From assembly GCA_963840455.1 (NCBI GenBank), contig CAWIYV010000010.1, positions 128,001 to 192,000 on the forward strand: a stretch of DNA of 64,000 nt, written 5' to 3'. How positions within the stretch are numbered: the stretch's first letter is position 1; every line of letters starts with the position of its first letter. The position numbers were made by a program, and so were the translations under genes. Source of the stretch: Nitrospirota bacterium. GTDB taxonomy: Bacteria > Nitrospirota > UBA9217. Positions 21,146-30,279 of this stretch are shown here, one piece after another. The notes under the pieces are model-generated. The model saw only the letters and a program-made list of their open reading frames with translations, ran no database searches and was not told the DNA's origin.

Positions 21146-22105
21146 TCAGGATCTCCGCTCCTTTTTCTTGATCGCTTCCTTGACGCCCGCGCACAGGTCG
21201 GCCGCCGAAAGCTTGTAGTGCGCCAGCAGCCCCTCGGATTCGCCGGAGGTGCCGAACTGGTCCTTGACGCCGATACGCACGAGGCTCGCCGGCGTGGCTT
21301 CCGCCAGGACCTCGGCTACGGCGCTGCCCAGTCCGCCGATGATGGAGTGCTCTTCCGCGGTGACGATGGCGCCGCAGCGCTTCGCCGCGGCCTTGACCGC
21401 TCCCTCGTCCAGCGGCTTGATAGTGGACATATTGATGACGCCCGCGTCGATGCCTTCGGCCAGGAGCGCTTCCCGCGCCTTCAGCGCCTCGGCGACCATG
21501 ATGCCCGTCGCGATGATCGCCGCGTCCCTGCCCTCATGGAAGACGTGGGCTTTCCCGATCCGGAACTGATAGTCCGGCCCGAAGAGGACCGGCACCTTGT
21601 TCCTGCCGGTGCGCACATAGCAGGGCCCCTTATGCTCGGCCACGGCCTCGATAGCAAGCGTCGTTTCCACACCGTCGGCCGGGACGATGACCGTCATATG
21701 CGGCAGAACCCGCATCACCGCGATGTCCTCGAGGGACTGGTGGGACCCGCCGTCCTCGCCCACGGTGACGCCGGCGTGGCTGGCGACGATCTTCACGCTC
21801 AGGTTCGGATAGCAGATGGACTGCCGGATCTGCTCCCAGGCCCTGCCTGTGGCGAAGACCGCGAAGGTGCTCGCGAAAGGCAGTTTCCCGCCGATGGCAA
21901 GCCCTGCCGCAGTGCCCATCATGTCCTGTTCGGCTATGCCGATGTTGAAGAACCGTTCGGGGAAGGCCTTGGCGAACTTGGAGGTCTTCGTGGAGCCGGA
22001 AAGGTCCGCGTCCAGCACCACCACGTCGTTCCGCTTCTTCCCGAGGGCCACCAGTGCGTCCCCGTATGCGTCTCTTGTTGCGATCTTCTGTTGTGTCTGG
22101 CTCAC
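21146..22105 (-). CDS. transketolase, C-terminal subunit
   Basis: ATRDAYG, GIAEQDM, GEDGGSHQ, EEHSIIGGLG. Confidence 0.93.
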   Translation of the reverse strand: MSQTQQKIATRDAYGDALVALGKKRNDVVVLDADLSGSTKTSKFAKAFPERFFNIGIAEQDMMGTAAGLAIGGKLPFASTFAVFATGRAWEQIRQSICYPNLSVKIVASHAGVTVGEDGGSHQSLEDIAVMRVLPHMTVIVPADGVETTLAIEAVAEHKGPCYVRTGRNKVPVLFGPDYQFRIGKAHVFHEGRDAAIIATGIMVAEALKAREALLAEGIDAGVINMSTIKPLDEGAVKAAAKRCGAIVTAEEHSIIGGLGSAVAEVLAEATPASLVRIGVKDQFGTSGESEGLLAHYKLSAADLCAGVKEAIKKKERRS

Positions 22106-22201
22106 ATTGCCTCCCGCGCGATTTCGGATTGCGGTTTGCGGATTTCGGATTTTGAGGACCGCCGTTCAATCAGCAATCTGCAATCTACAATCCGCAATTG
22201 T

Positions 22202-23041
22202 TTACTTACAGACTGCTCCATCCAGCTCTTTCAGCGCGATCTCGAGCTCTTCCTTCGACGGTGTGGTGCCGTGGAACTCGACCTTGCCTTCGAACACCTT
22301 CGAGCCTTTGCCCTTCACCGTGCGGCAGACGATGGCCGTGGGCTTGCCCTTCACGGTCTCGGCCTTGTCGAGGGCGGCTACGATCTGGGCCATGTCATGG
22401 CCGTCAATGTCCTGAACGTCCCAGCCGAAGGCCCGCCACTTGTCGGCGATGGGCTCCACGCCCATGACCTTCGCCACGGGCCCGTCGATCTGGAGCCCGT
22501 TGTTGTCCACGAGGATGCAGAGGTTGTCGAGCTTGTAGTGGGCCCCGGTCATGGCCGCTTCCCAGATCTGCCCTTCCTGCAGTTCACCGTCGCCCAGTAC
22601 CGCGTACACCCGGTTCGTCGCCTTGTCGAGCTTGTGGGCGAGTGCGATGCCGCAGGCCACGGACAGCCCCTGGCCCAGGGAGCCCGTGGAGATCTCCACG
22701 CCCGGCAGATACTTGCTGTCCGGATGGCCCTGGAGCCGCGACCCCAGCTTGCGGAGCGTGCAGAGCTCGGCGGTGTCGATGAAGCCGGCGTGTGCCAGCG
22801 TGGTATACAGGACCGGCGCGGCGTGCCCCTTGGAGAGGATGAAATAGTCGCGCCCCTTCCAGTCCGGCTTCTTGGGATCGTACTTCATCTTGTAAAAATA
22901 GAGCGCCGTCATGATGTCCGTGGCCGACAGGCTCCCGCCGGTGTGGCCCGAGCCGCACCCGTGCAGCATCTTCAGGATGTCTATGCGCATCCGGCGCGCG
23001 CGGTCCTTCAGGGCCTGCATCTGTGCCTCGTTCACTGCCAT
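22202..23041 (-). CDS. transketolase, N-terminal subunit
   Basis: SGHTGGSLS, LSKGHAAP, TGSLGQG, GDGELQEG ThDP motif. Confidence 0.93.
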   Translation of the reverse strand: MAVNEAQMQALKDRARRMRIDILKMLHGCGSGHTGGSLSATDIMTALYFYKMKYDPKKPDWKGRDYFILSKGHAAPVLYTTLAHAGFIDTAELCTLRKLGSRLQGHPDSKYLPGVEISTGSLGQGLSVACGIALAHKLDKATNRVYAVLGDGELQEGQIWEAAMTGAHYKLDNLCILVDNNGLQIDGPVAKVMGVEPIADKWRAFGWDVQDIDGHDMAQIVAALDKAETVKGKPTAIVCRTVKGKGSKVFEGKVEFHGTTPSKEELEIALKELDGAVCK

Positions 23042-23178
23042 GGATCGAACCTCCCGGGGAAAAGATGTATCGAAAATAATGCGAACGGAAACTGTTTCGT
23101 TTCGGAGCTGCTGTGTATCAGGCTGGTAGGGTGAGGTTCCTGACTCCTGCCTTCTTCTTTCTTTTTATTTCTGAACAA

Positions 23179-23604
23179 TCACTTCTTCGATATGTCTTCC
23201 TGCTCCAGGAACTCAAGGATGATATCGTCGAGGCTCTTCTCTTTGATCTCCTCCGGCTTGGAGGGAGGAGGCGGGGTTTTCTTGACTTCCTGCGCAGGTG
23301 CCGGCGCCGCTTTCGCCGGCGCTGCAGGCGCTTCCGCAGGCGGGGCGTTGACGTTCGTCTCGAGCTTGCCCTGCATCAGGTCGCGGATCATCTGCTTGTG
23401 CTGCTCCATCATGAGCTCGCGCACCACATCGTCGAGGCAGTCGGCCCGCAGGATGTCGGCATAGCTCGTCTTCCTCCGGGCCAGGATGGCCCCTTGACGG
23501 TACATCAGCGAGGTAATGTAAGGATTGTTATGCCCCCCGTCCTCGGTCTGACAATGGTAGACCTGCCCCTCGAACTTGAAGTCCGTATTATAACCCGTCA
23601 GCAT
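23179..23604 (-). CDS. hypothetical protein
   Basis: Likely start MLTGYNTDFKFEGQVYHCQTED; Pro/Ala linker; C-terminal KSLDDIILEFL. Confidence 0.75.
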   Translation of the reverse strand: MLTGYNTDFKFEGQVYHCQTEDGGHNNPYITSLMYRQGAILARRKTSYADILRADCLDDVVRELMMEQHKQMIRDLMQGKLETNVNAPPAEAPAAPAKAAPAPAQEVKKTPPPPSKPEEIKEKSLDDIILEFLEQEDISKK

Positions 23605-23689
23605 AGCCGGAACATTATACTGGTACACCCTTGAAGTTGCAAGCCTTTTCCCTTGACAGGGACTGCTGGTGATGTTACTTTGTGGCCGT

Positions 23690-23776
23690 GCCGGCGTGGT
23701 GAAACTGGTAGACGCAGAGGACTCAAAATCCTCCGGGGGCAACTCCATGTCGGTTCGATTCCGACCGCCGGCACCA
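23690..23776 (+). tRNA. tRNA-Leu (CAA)
   Basis: GCCGGCG/CGCCGGC acceptor stem, anticodon loop CT-CAA-AA, long variable arm, GGTTCGATTCC T-arm, encoded CCA. Confidence 0.96.
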
Positions 23777-23931
23777 ATTATAATCTCTGAAAGATCGGCT
23801 ATCAAGCCGATCTTGTTTTGTTTTCCCCGCGGTTGGGATCGAACAAGGGGGCATGGGGGAAGGCTTCCCCCAAAGGCATCGGGGGAGCCCACGAGGGGGC
23901 CGGCCCTCCTCGTGAAGCAAGGCGCGCGTGA

Positions 23932-23954
23932 GATTCCGACCGCCGGCACCAATT
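23932..23954 (+). repeat. duplicated tRNA-Leu 3' end (att-like direct repeat)
   Basis: GATTCCGACCGCCGGCACCAATT identical to 23757-23779; followed by a similar AAAGATCGG...CCGATCTT hairpin. Confidence 0.9.
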
Positions 23955-24127
23955 TATTATAAAGATCGGTTTCCTTGCCGATCTTTTTTCTTTTTCCAAG
24001 GTCGGAACCGAACAAGGGGGCAAGGGGGGAAGGTTCCTATGCAGCGGGGGAGTTCACGAGGGTGCTTGGCTCAACTGCTTTCTGCTTGTCGTCACCCGTC
24101 CCAAAACAATCACTCTTTCTGCCTAGG

Positions 24128-26275
24128 TCATTTATTGAACGTAGCTTTAACTGACCGTGCTGCGGTCATGGTCACCGTACAGGTCCCTGTGCCGGAACAC
24201 CCTTCGCCTGACCAACCGGTGAATGTCGAGGGTGGTGTGGTGCTGGAATCCGCAGTTGCGGTAAGGGTGACCAGCGTATTGTAGTTATAGGTTGCTGTTC
24301 CTTTGAGGCCGGTCTTGTCCCAGGTGAGCGCCCCAGGGTTCACCTCAACAGTACCAGTTCCTTTCCCGCTCTTCGTGACCGTGAGTTTATACGTGCGGAG
24401 CGTGAACGTGGCTTTTACGTTCCGTGCCGTGGTCATGGTCACCTTACAGGTCCCTGTGCCAGTGCACCCTTCGCCGGACCAACCGGCGAATATTGATCCT
24501 GGATCAGCAGTTGCGGTCAGGGTAACCACCGTGCCGAAAACAGTATAGGTTGCCGTGCCTGTGCTTTCGTTCCAGGCAAGTGTCCCGGTGCTCGCGGACA
24601 CCATACCACTGCCTGTGCCGTCCCTGGTGACCGTTAAGAGATAGGAGTTATACATAAAAGTGGCCGTGACATTCCGCGCTACGGTCATGAGTACCTTACA
24701 GGTCCCTGTGCCGGTGCACCCTTCGCCGGACCAGCCGGCGAATGTTGATCCTGGATCAGCAGTTGCGATCAGGGTAACCTCCGTGCCGAAAATAGCATAG
24801 GCTGCCGTGCCTGTGTTGCCGTTCCAGGTAAAGGTCCCCGTATCCGCGGAGACGATGCCGCTTCCCGTGCCGGCTCTGGTGACCGTAAGGGAATAGGTGC
24901 TGCTGAGCGTAAAGGTGGCCGTGACGTTCCGCGCTGTGGTCATGGTCACCTCACAGGGACCTGTGCCGGTGCACCCTTCGCCGGACCAGCCGTCGAACGT
25001 CGATCCCTCCGAGACTGCCGCGGTAAGAGTGACTGGCGTGCCGTAATCAGTATACGTTACCGTGCCTACGTTATTGGTCCAGGTTAGCGTCCCTGTGCTC
25101 ACTGACACAATACCGCTGCCCGTCCCGGCCTTCGTAACCATCAAGATAGGTGGTTCAGTCTTGAAGCTCCAGGAGTAGCCTTGCGAAGAGTTAGGAACGA
25201 GCAGGTTGCCCGAATCATCCCTGATCCCTGGGCCTTGCGTGTTCGTACTCAAGGTGACCACGTAATCAGTCGCGTATTTCAAACGGTTCGCGGCTGTAAA
25301 TATGGCAGTGGCGCCGCTGATGACCGATACCTGCCCCGGAACAAGCTCTCCCGACTGTTTCTCCGTGAGCAGGAAGGTGGATGGTGTAATGGAGCTCTCC
25401 AACATCGTCTCATTGAATACCGCAACGACCGGGGCATAGACGGACACGTTCGTTGCGAAATCCGCTGGAGTAATGGACACCACCGTGGGCGGCACGATGT
25501 CCTGAGACGACATCCGAGTAGTGAATTCCCACGTATAGGAGTTGCCCCACAGGGGATGGTTTCCCGCGAGGTCGGTAAGGCTGTCGGATATCATTACCGT
25601 ATAGGTTGTCGAGTCGTCCAATTGATCGGCCGGGGCAAAAATCACTGTTCTTCCGTCGTCGAACAATTCGATGCTACCGGCAACAGTGGTTGTGCCCGTG
25701 CTGACGGTAAGCGGTGATGGTGTGGCCGATATGGTGGACGCGAGCATAGGTTCGGTGAACGTTACCTTTATCGTCGTGTTCACGCTAATGTCAACAGCTC
25801 CGCGCTCGGGGGTCGTTTTTGATACGTCAGGCGCTGTACAATCTCCCTGCACTCCCGTGGTAAAAGTAAGTGTCATGGGATACCGCATGGCATTGCCTGC
25901 AATGTCCTGCACGCCCGTGGTTATCTTAAGAACATAGACCGTGAGTACCTGTAATGGTGACCGAGCTTTAAGAATTATGGTCGAACCAGCATAGGTAATA
26001 TCCCCTTCAACAGGAGTGTCGGTCATTGCATCACGGACCGAGATTGTTTCGTTCGTAACAGATGCGGGATCAATAATTTCGCTAAAGGCGATCGTGATTG
26101 CCGTGTTGATGTCGTTATTCAGAGACTGGTTATCAGGAATAGTAGAAAGGATCATCGGCGGATCGTAGTCTTCTTTGGGCGGCGGCGCCTGTCTCCCGCA
26201 GCTAACTGAAATAAGGACTGAGAGGAGGAATAAGTTTATTATGAAGGATCTATTTCGTGTAATCCACTGGCGCAT
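24128..26275 (-). CDS. surface lipoprotein with three Ig-like (Big_5-type) domains and four InlB B-repeat-like domains
   Basis: Lipobox SVSC; PPxVxxTxP...FSE/FTE/FNE repeats; four copies of LTATAD..STFxGWSGEGCxGTGxCxVTMT. Confidence 0.85.
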   Translation of the reverse strand: MRQWITRNRSFIINLFLLSVLISVSCGRQAPPPKEDYDPPMILSTIPDNQSLNNDINTAITIAFSEIIDPASVTNETISVRDAMTDTPVEGDITYAGSTIILKARSPLQVLTVYVLKITTGVQDIAGNAMRYPMTLTFTTGVQGDCTAPDVSKTTPERGAVDISVNTTIKVTFTEPMLASTISATPSPLTVSTGTTTVAGSIELFDDGRTVIFAPADQLDDSTTYTVMISDSLTDLAGNHPLWGNSYTWEFTTRMSSQDIVPPTVVSITPADFATNVSVYAPVVAVFNETMLESSITPSTFLLTEKQSGELVPGQVSVISGATAIFTAANRLKYATDYVVTLSTNTQGPGIRDDSGNLLVPNSSQGYSWSFKTEPPILMVTKAGTGSGIVSVSTGTLTWTNNVGTVTYTDYGTPVTLTAAVSEGSTFDGWSGEGCTGTGPCEVTMTTARNVTATFTLSSTYSLTVTRAGTGSGIVSADTGTFTWNGNTGTAAYAIFGTEVTLIATADPGSTFAGWSGEGCTGTGTCKVLMTVARNVTATFMYNSYLLTVTRDGTGSGMVSASTGTLAWNESTGTATYTVFGTVVTLTATADPGSIFAGWSGEGCTGTGTCKVTMTTARNVKATFTLRTYKLTVTKSGKGTGTVEVNPGALTWDKTGLKGTATYNYNTLVTLTATADSSTTPPSTFTGWSGEGCSGTGTCTVTMTAARSVKATFNK

Positions 26276-26536
26276 GATATCAGAACCTCGATGAATGATA
26301 ACTTAGAAGAAGAAACGATCGGGCAACAGTCGACACATGAGCACTTCCTTTGATTCCCTTGTTAAGTCGAAGAAATTTTAGGGTTTTTTATGGCGACCCC
26401 ATCCTGACCCTTTCCCGATCAATGTATATATGCTTCAATCAGTCATTCAGCATCTCGGCGCGCAACTGGATTTTGCAACCTTGCTTGCGGCGAGCAGGAA
26501 GGATCTAGTATAAATTATACCCTATGAGATAGAACT

Positions 26537-26709
26537 ATGCGTTATTTCAAGCAACTATAATTGCGAGAATTCCGCCGCCAATCTGACGCCAAGTCCGCAA
26601 CTTCTCTCCGCCAGCCCTCCAGCGGCCGATCGGTTGGAGCACTGGGCAACAGTCACGTTAGTGCTCATATATCGTGTGTGAGGCCAATCGACCTCCGGTC
26701 TAACAGCAG
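26537..26709 (-). pseudogene. degraded winged-HTH (DtxR-like) fragment, copy 1
   Basis: Homologous to 36065-36236; TVAQCSNRSAAGGLAERSCGLGVRL. Confidence 0.4.
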
Positions 26710-26765
26710 GATATGTCCACTCTCCTCCTCGGACAGTCAGCCATATCAGCTGACCAAACATCTCC

Positions 26766-26980
26766 GAAAGATCGGTCTATCATGCCGATCTTTATTATTT
26801 CAGACGGTCGGAATCGGACAGGGGGCCGGGAGGAAAGGTTCCCCGAATACAGCGGAGGAGCCCATGAGGGGGGCTTGGCCTTGCCCTTACCCGGACCCTC
26901 TCCCGGGACGGGAGAGGGACTAGCGGGAAAGGATGGGTTTATTGAAGCAAAGCGCGTGAGATCCCGTCTACACGCACCGA
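26766..26980 (+). repeat. third, diverged tRNA-linked repeat unit
   Basis: AAAGATCGG...CCGATCTT hairpin, GGAGCCCATGAGGGGG, and GAAGCAAAGCGCGTGAGATCCCG...GCACC as in 23790-23951. Confidence 0.7.
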
Positions 26981-27235
26981 TTTGTTTTCAATAGTTTCCG
27001 ACCGTACTTCCTTGGACTCTTCTTCCTTAACCTATCCGACATCGTGTCTAAAATATGCCTGTGGATGCGATTGGGTCTTTCTTGCACTTCTTTGTGGAGG
27101 GTGATAATCGTCTCTGCGGCTGTTCTGAGGTAGGCTTTATTGATAATAGAGCAACGATCAATGAGCAAGCGTGTCTTCTGCCCTGAGAACATCATAGCCA
27201 CCTTCTCAGGCACACCCGCATGTATCATCCTTAAA
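26968..27235 (-). pseudogene. tyrosine integrase C-terminal remnant
   Basis: AGVPEKVAMMFSGQKTRLLIDRC resembles box II GVPxxVAMxxSGHKTxxxxxRY with the catalytic H and Y lost; upstream part replaced by the repeat array. Confidence 0.7.
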
Positions 27236-27238
27236 GAA

Positions 27239-27620
27239 TTGAAGCTCCCTGCAGCAAGCCGCAGGGATCTACGATCCTCAAGGTAGTACGTTTATCCTAA
27301 TTGCTCGCTAACTCCCTGCACTCGCGGTTCCGCTCGTAAACGCTGGGGGCAAGACCCCGCAACAAGCTGCGGCGATGCGCTCGCTCCTGGATTTAAGCTC
27401 CCTGAAGAGTGCTGCATGGAGCTTCGATCCTCAAGGAAGCATGTTTTATCCTAATCGCTCGCTAACTCCGAAACAAACAGCGGGGCATGCGCTCGCTCCT
27501 GGATTTAAGCTCCCTGAAGAGTGCTGCATGGAGCTTCGATCCTCAAGGAAGCATGTTTTATCCTAATCGCTCGCTAACTCCGAAACAAACAGCGGAGCAT
27601 GCGCTCGCTCCTGGATTCAC
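27239..27620 (+). mobile_element. palindromic repeat element, locus 4 (three tandem units; last two near-identical, 112-bp period)
   Basis: GGATT junctions at 27389, 27501 and 27613. Confidence 0.75.
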
Positions 27621-27671
27621 ATACCGGGACGAGCACTTCTGAACGTATCCTCCGCACCACGAAAATATTCT

Positions 27672-28850
27672 TTACCAAACCTTCCCGGCAAGCGAGCGTA
27701 TGCGCTCCAGGGCCTGCTCCAGCCGGTCATCGGGTACGGTGAGCGATAGACGGATGTAGCCTTCGCCATACTGACCGTATGCGGTGCCGGGCGTCACGAG
27801 AACTCCTGCATCGTCCAGAAGCCGTTCCGCGCAATCCAGCGATGTCCGGCCATGAGGCACGGGGATCCAGAGATAGAATGTCCCGTCGCCGGGTCTCACG
27901 GGCACGCCCATCGCGGCAAAGGCGCGGAGCACCGTATCGCGCCGTCTCCGGTAGATGGCAAGCATCTTGTCTATTTCGCCGTCGCCGTCATCCATGGCCT
28001 TGATGCTGGCCAGCTGAATGGCGTTGAAGATGCCGGATGTCGTGTTCTCCTTGCACCGGCACATGGCCTGGATGATCTTCTCGGCGCCCACGGCCATGCC
28101 GATGCGCCAGCCCGTCATATTGTAGGCCTTGCTGAGGGAGTTGAACTCCACACAGATGTCCTTGGCGTCTGGGGCCTGCATGAGGCTCAGTCGCCGCCCG
28201 GGTGAAAAGACGATCTCGCTGTAGGGATTGTCGTTCATCAGCAGGATGCCGTGCGTCTTCGCCCAGGCCACCAGCCGCGTGAAGAAGTCCTTGTCCGCGC
28301 AGGCGCCCGTCGGGTTGTTGGGGTAATTGAGGAAAAAGGCCTTTGCCTTCCGGCAGACCGTTTCCGGGATCTCCTCGAAGGCAGGCAGGAACCCGTTCTT
28401 CTCGAGCAGCGGGACCTCGTAGGCCTCGGCGCCAGCCATCAGGATGTTCGCCCGGTAGGCCGGGTACCCGGGGTTCGTGACGATCACGATGTCTCCGGGG
28501 TTGACGGTGGCCATGATGAAGTGATGGATGCCTTCCTTTAAGCCGTTCAGGGCGAGCACCTCGGTCTCGGGATCGAGCTGCACCGCATACTTCCTTCCGT
28601 ACCAGCGCGAAACCGCCTCCCGAAAAACGCGCATGCCTCTGTGCTCGTCCGTCGGATACTGGTGGTTCGCCGGATCGAGAACGGCTTCCCGCAGCGCTTC
28701 GATGATGTACGCAGGTGTCGGCTCGACCGGGTCCCCGATTGCGAGGGAGATGAGGTCCACGCCCTCTGCCTGGGCCTTCCTGATCTTGTCGCGCAGCTGC
28801 ATGAACAGGTACGTGGGTATATTCTTGAGGCGGTCAGCAAGGATGTCCAT
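27672..28850 (-). CDS. class I/II PLP aminotransferase, LL-diaminopimelate aminotransferase-like
   Basis: LNYPNNPTG, EFNSLSKAYNMTGWRIG. Confidence 0.85.
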   Translation of the reverse strand: MDILADRLKNIPTYLFMQLRDKIRKAQAEGVDLISLAIGDPVEPTPAYIIEALREAVLDPANHQYPTDEHRGMRVFREAVSRWYGRKYAVQLDPETEVLALNGLKEGIHHFIMATVNPGDIVIVTNPGYPAYRANILMAGAEAYEVPLLEKNGFLPAFEEIPETVCRKAKAFFLNYPNNPTGACADKDFFTRLVAWAKTHGILLMNDNPYSEIVFSPGRRLSLMQAPDAKDICVEFNSLSKAYNMTGWRIGMAVGAEKIIQAMCRCKENTTSGIFNAIQLASIKAMDDGDGEIDKMLAIYRRRRDTVLRAFAAMGVPVRPGDGTFYLWIPVPHGRTSLDCAERLLDDAGVLVTPGTAYGQYGEGYIRLSLTVPDDRLEQALERIRSLAGKVW

Positions 28851-28999
28851 AGAACACCGCGTTCCCTTTCACCTTTTCCCTATTAACCGGGAAAAAATTC
28901 CGACAGGGGACAGGATAAAATCGTCCAACTACAAATATTTTCAGGACCTCATCCTGTCAATCCTGATAATCCTGTTATCCTGTCAATTGGTTGGATCTT

Positions 29000-30256
29000 T
29001 TATGATTCCTGCGCCCATGCCCGGATGGCCGCTCCCAGCCGCCTGATGCTCTTCTCCCTGATCACCGGATAGACGCAGATCTCCAGGATCGAGGCTTCTC
29101 TCGGGCCGCCCTGGCCATGCGGGGTGCCGCCCTGCCCGCGGAAGGGCTCGAGCCGGGAACAGTCGGACATATCCGTGTTCTTGGTGTCGAATCCCTCTTT
29201 GAGCAGATAAGCGCGCAGATCGTTCCGCTTTGCGGGCTCTACGGTCAGGGGGTAGTAGACGTAGATGTGGTCGCCCGTGGCCGAGGACGGCACGCCGATC
29301 TTCGTTATCCCCTCCAGGCTTTCAGTGAGGACCCGGGCGTTGCGCCGCGCGCCTTCGTTGAAGGCGTCGATCCGGTCGAGTTGAATGAGGCCGATGGCTG
29401 CCTGCAGGTTCGCCAGCCGGTATACCCGGGGGTTCGATGCAGCAAAGGTGCTCAGGAGCTCGTCGCCGACCTCCGAGTCCATGAGCGGCTGGCCCAGGAG
29501 AAGCTTCAGCCGAAGGGCCGGGTACACGGTCACGCCGAAGACCTCGGGCCGGGTGAGAAGCCACAGGATCCAGATGAAGGCAGCCTTTTTCAGGACCGTC
29601 CCCGCGGCGGGCATGGGGGCATTGGCAAGGACATCCCTGGCCCGCTTCGCGATCCCTTCATCGGACGTGGCGATGGCGCCGCCGCCGAAGCAGGGCATGT
29701 TCTTGCCCTCGGCAAAGCTGTAGATCCCGAGGTCGCCGAATGTCCCCACAGAGCGTCCAGCCACGCGGACTCCCAGGGCGTGGGCGCAGTCTTCCATCAG
29801 GCGGATGTTCCGCTTCTTCGCCAGTTCGGCGATCTCCCGGATCGGGCAGGGCAGCCCGAACAGATGGGTCGCCAGGACCGCGCCGGTCCGTTCATTGATC
29901 AGGGGCTCGATCTGCTTCGGCCCGGAATTGAAGGTCACCGGGTCCACGTCACAGAATACCGGCTTGTAGCCCAGCAACTTTGCGACCATGGGCATGACCG
30001 GAAAGGTGAAGGCCGGAAAGATGATCTCTTTTCCTTTTTCCAGTCCCAGCGACTCCAGGGCCAGCTGAAAGGCGGACCTGCCTGACGCGGCCCCGAACAC
30101 ATACCGCGCGCCCAGCCAGGCGCTGAACTTCCCGGGAAATGCCTCCAGCGCCGGCCCTTCCTGAGCAGTGTTGCCCAGTGCGCTGCTGATGAGCGTGCGA
30201 AGCGCTCCCGGCGGAAGGTTGACACATCGTCGCGGGATGGTTCCGATGATCGCCAT
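29000..30256 (-). CDS. DegT/DnrJ/EryC1/StrS-family sugar aminotransferase
   Basis: SGRSAF, THLFG, EDCAHALG, SFAEGKNM (PLP lysine). Confidence 0.88.
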   Translation of the reverse strand: MAIIGTIPRRCVNLPPGALRTLISSALGNTAQEGPALEAFPGKFSAWLGARYVFGAASGRSAFQLALESLGLEKGKEIIFPAFTFPVMPMVAKLLGYKPVFCDVDPVTFNSGPKQIEPLINERTGAVLATHLFGLPCPIREIAELAKKRNIRLMEDCAHALGVRVAGRSVGTFGDLGIYSFAEGKNMPCFGGGAIATSDEGIAKRARDVLANAPMPAAGTVLKKAAFIWILWLLTRPEVFGVTVYPALRLKLLLGQPLMDSEVGDELLSTFAASNPRVYRLANLQAAIGLIQLDRIDAFNEGARRNARVLTESLEGITKIGVPSSATGDHIYVYYPLTVEPAKRNDLRAYLLKEGFDTKNTDMSDCSRLEPFRGQGGTPHGQGGPREASILEICVYPVIREKSIRRLGAAIRAWAQES

Positions 30257-30279
30257 GCTTGTCGTTCTCCTTGGATGGA

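Noticed and set aside
21074-23134. 686-aa plus-strand ORF and similar long ORFs (11279..12709, 16221..17687, 30469..32340, 39069..40370, 43623..45167, 47184..48497)
   Set aside because: Antisense shadows of well-supported genes in GC-rich DNA, with no recognisable motifs.
23880-23954. Second tRNA gene
   Set aside because: Only the 3' 23 nt match; no D or anticodon arm.
23605-24015. N-terminal extension of ORF 23179..24015
   Set aside because: It runs antisense through tRNA-Leu and its repeats; the plausible protein starts at 23604.
24128-25145. Internal ~258-bp repeats as a DGR template/variable pair
   Set aside because: They are in-frame domain repeats, differences are not adenine-specific by eye, and no reverse transcriptase is present.
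27389-27620. Tandem 112-bp repeats as a CRISPR array
   Set aside because: Whole units are repeated with no unique spacers, there are no cas genes, and the units belong to the dispersed palindromic family.
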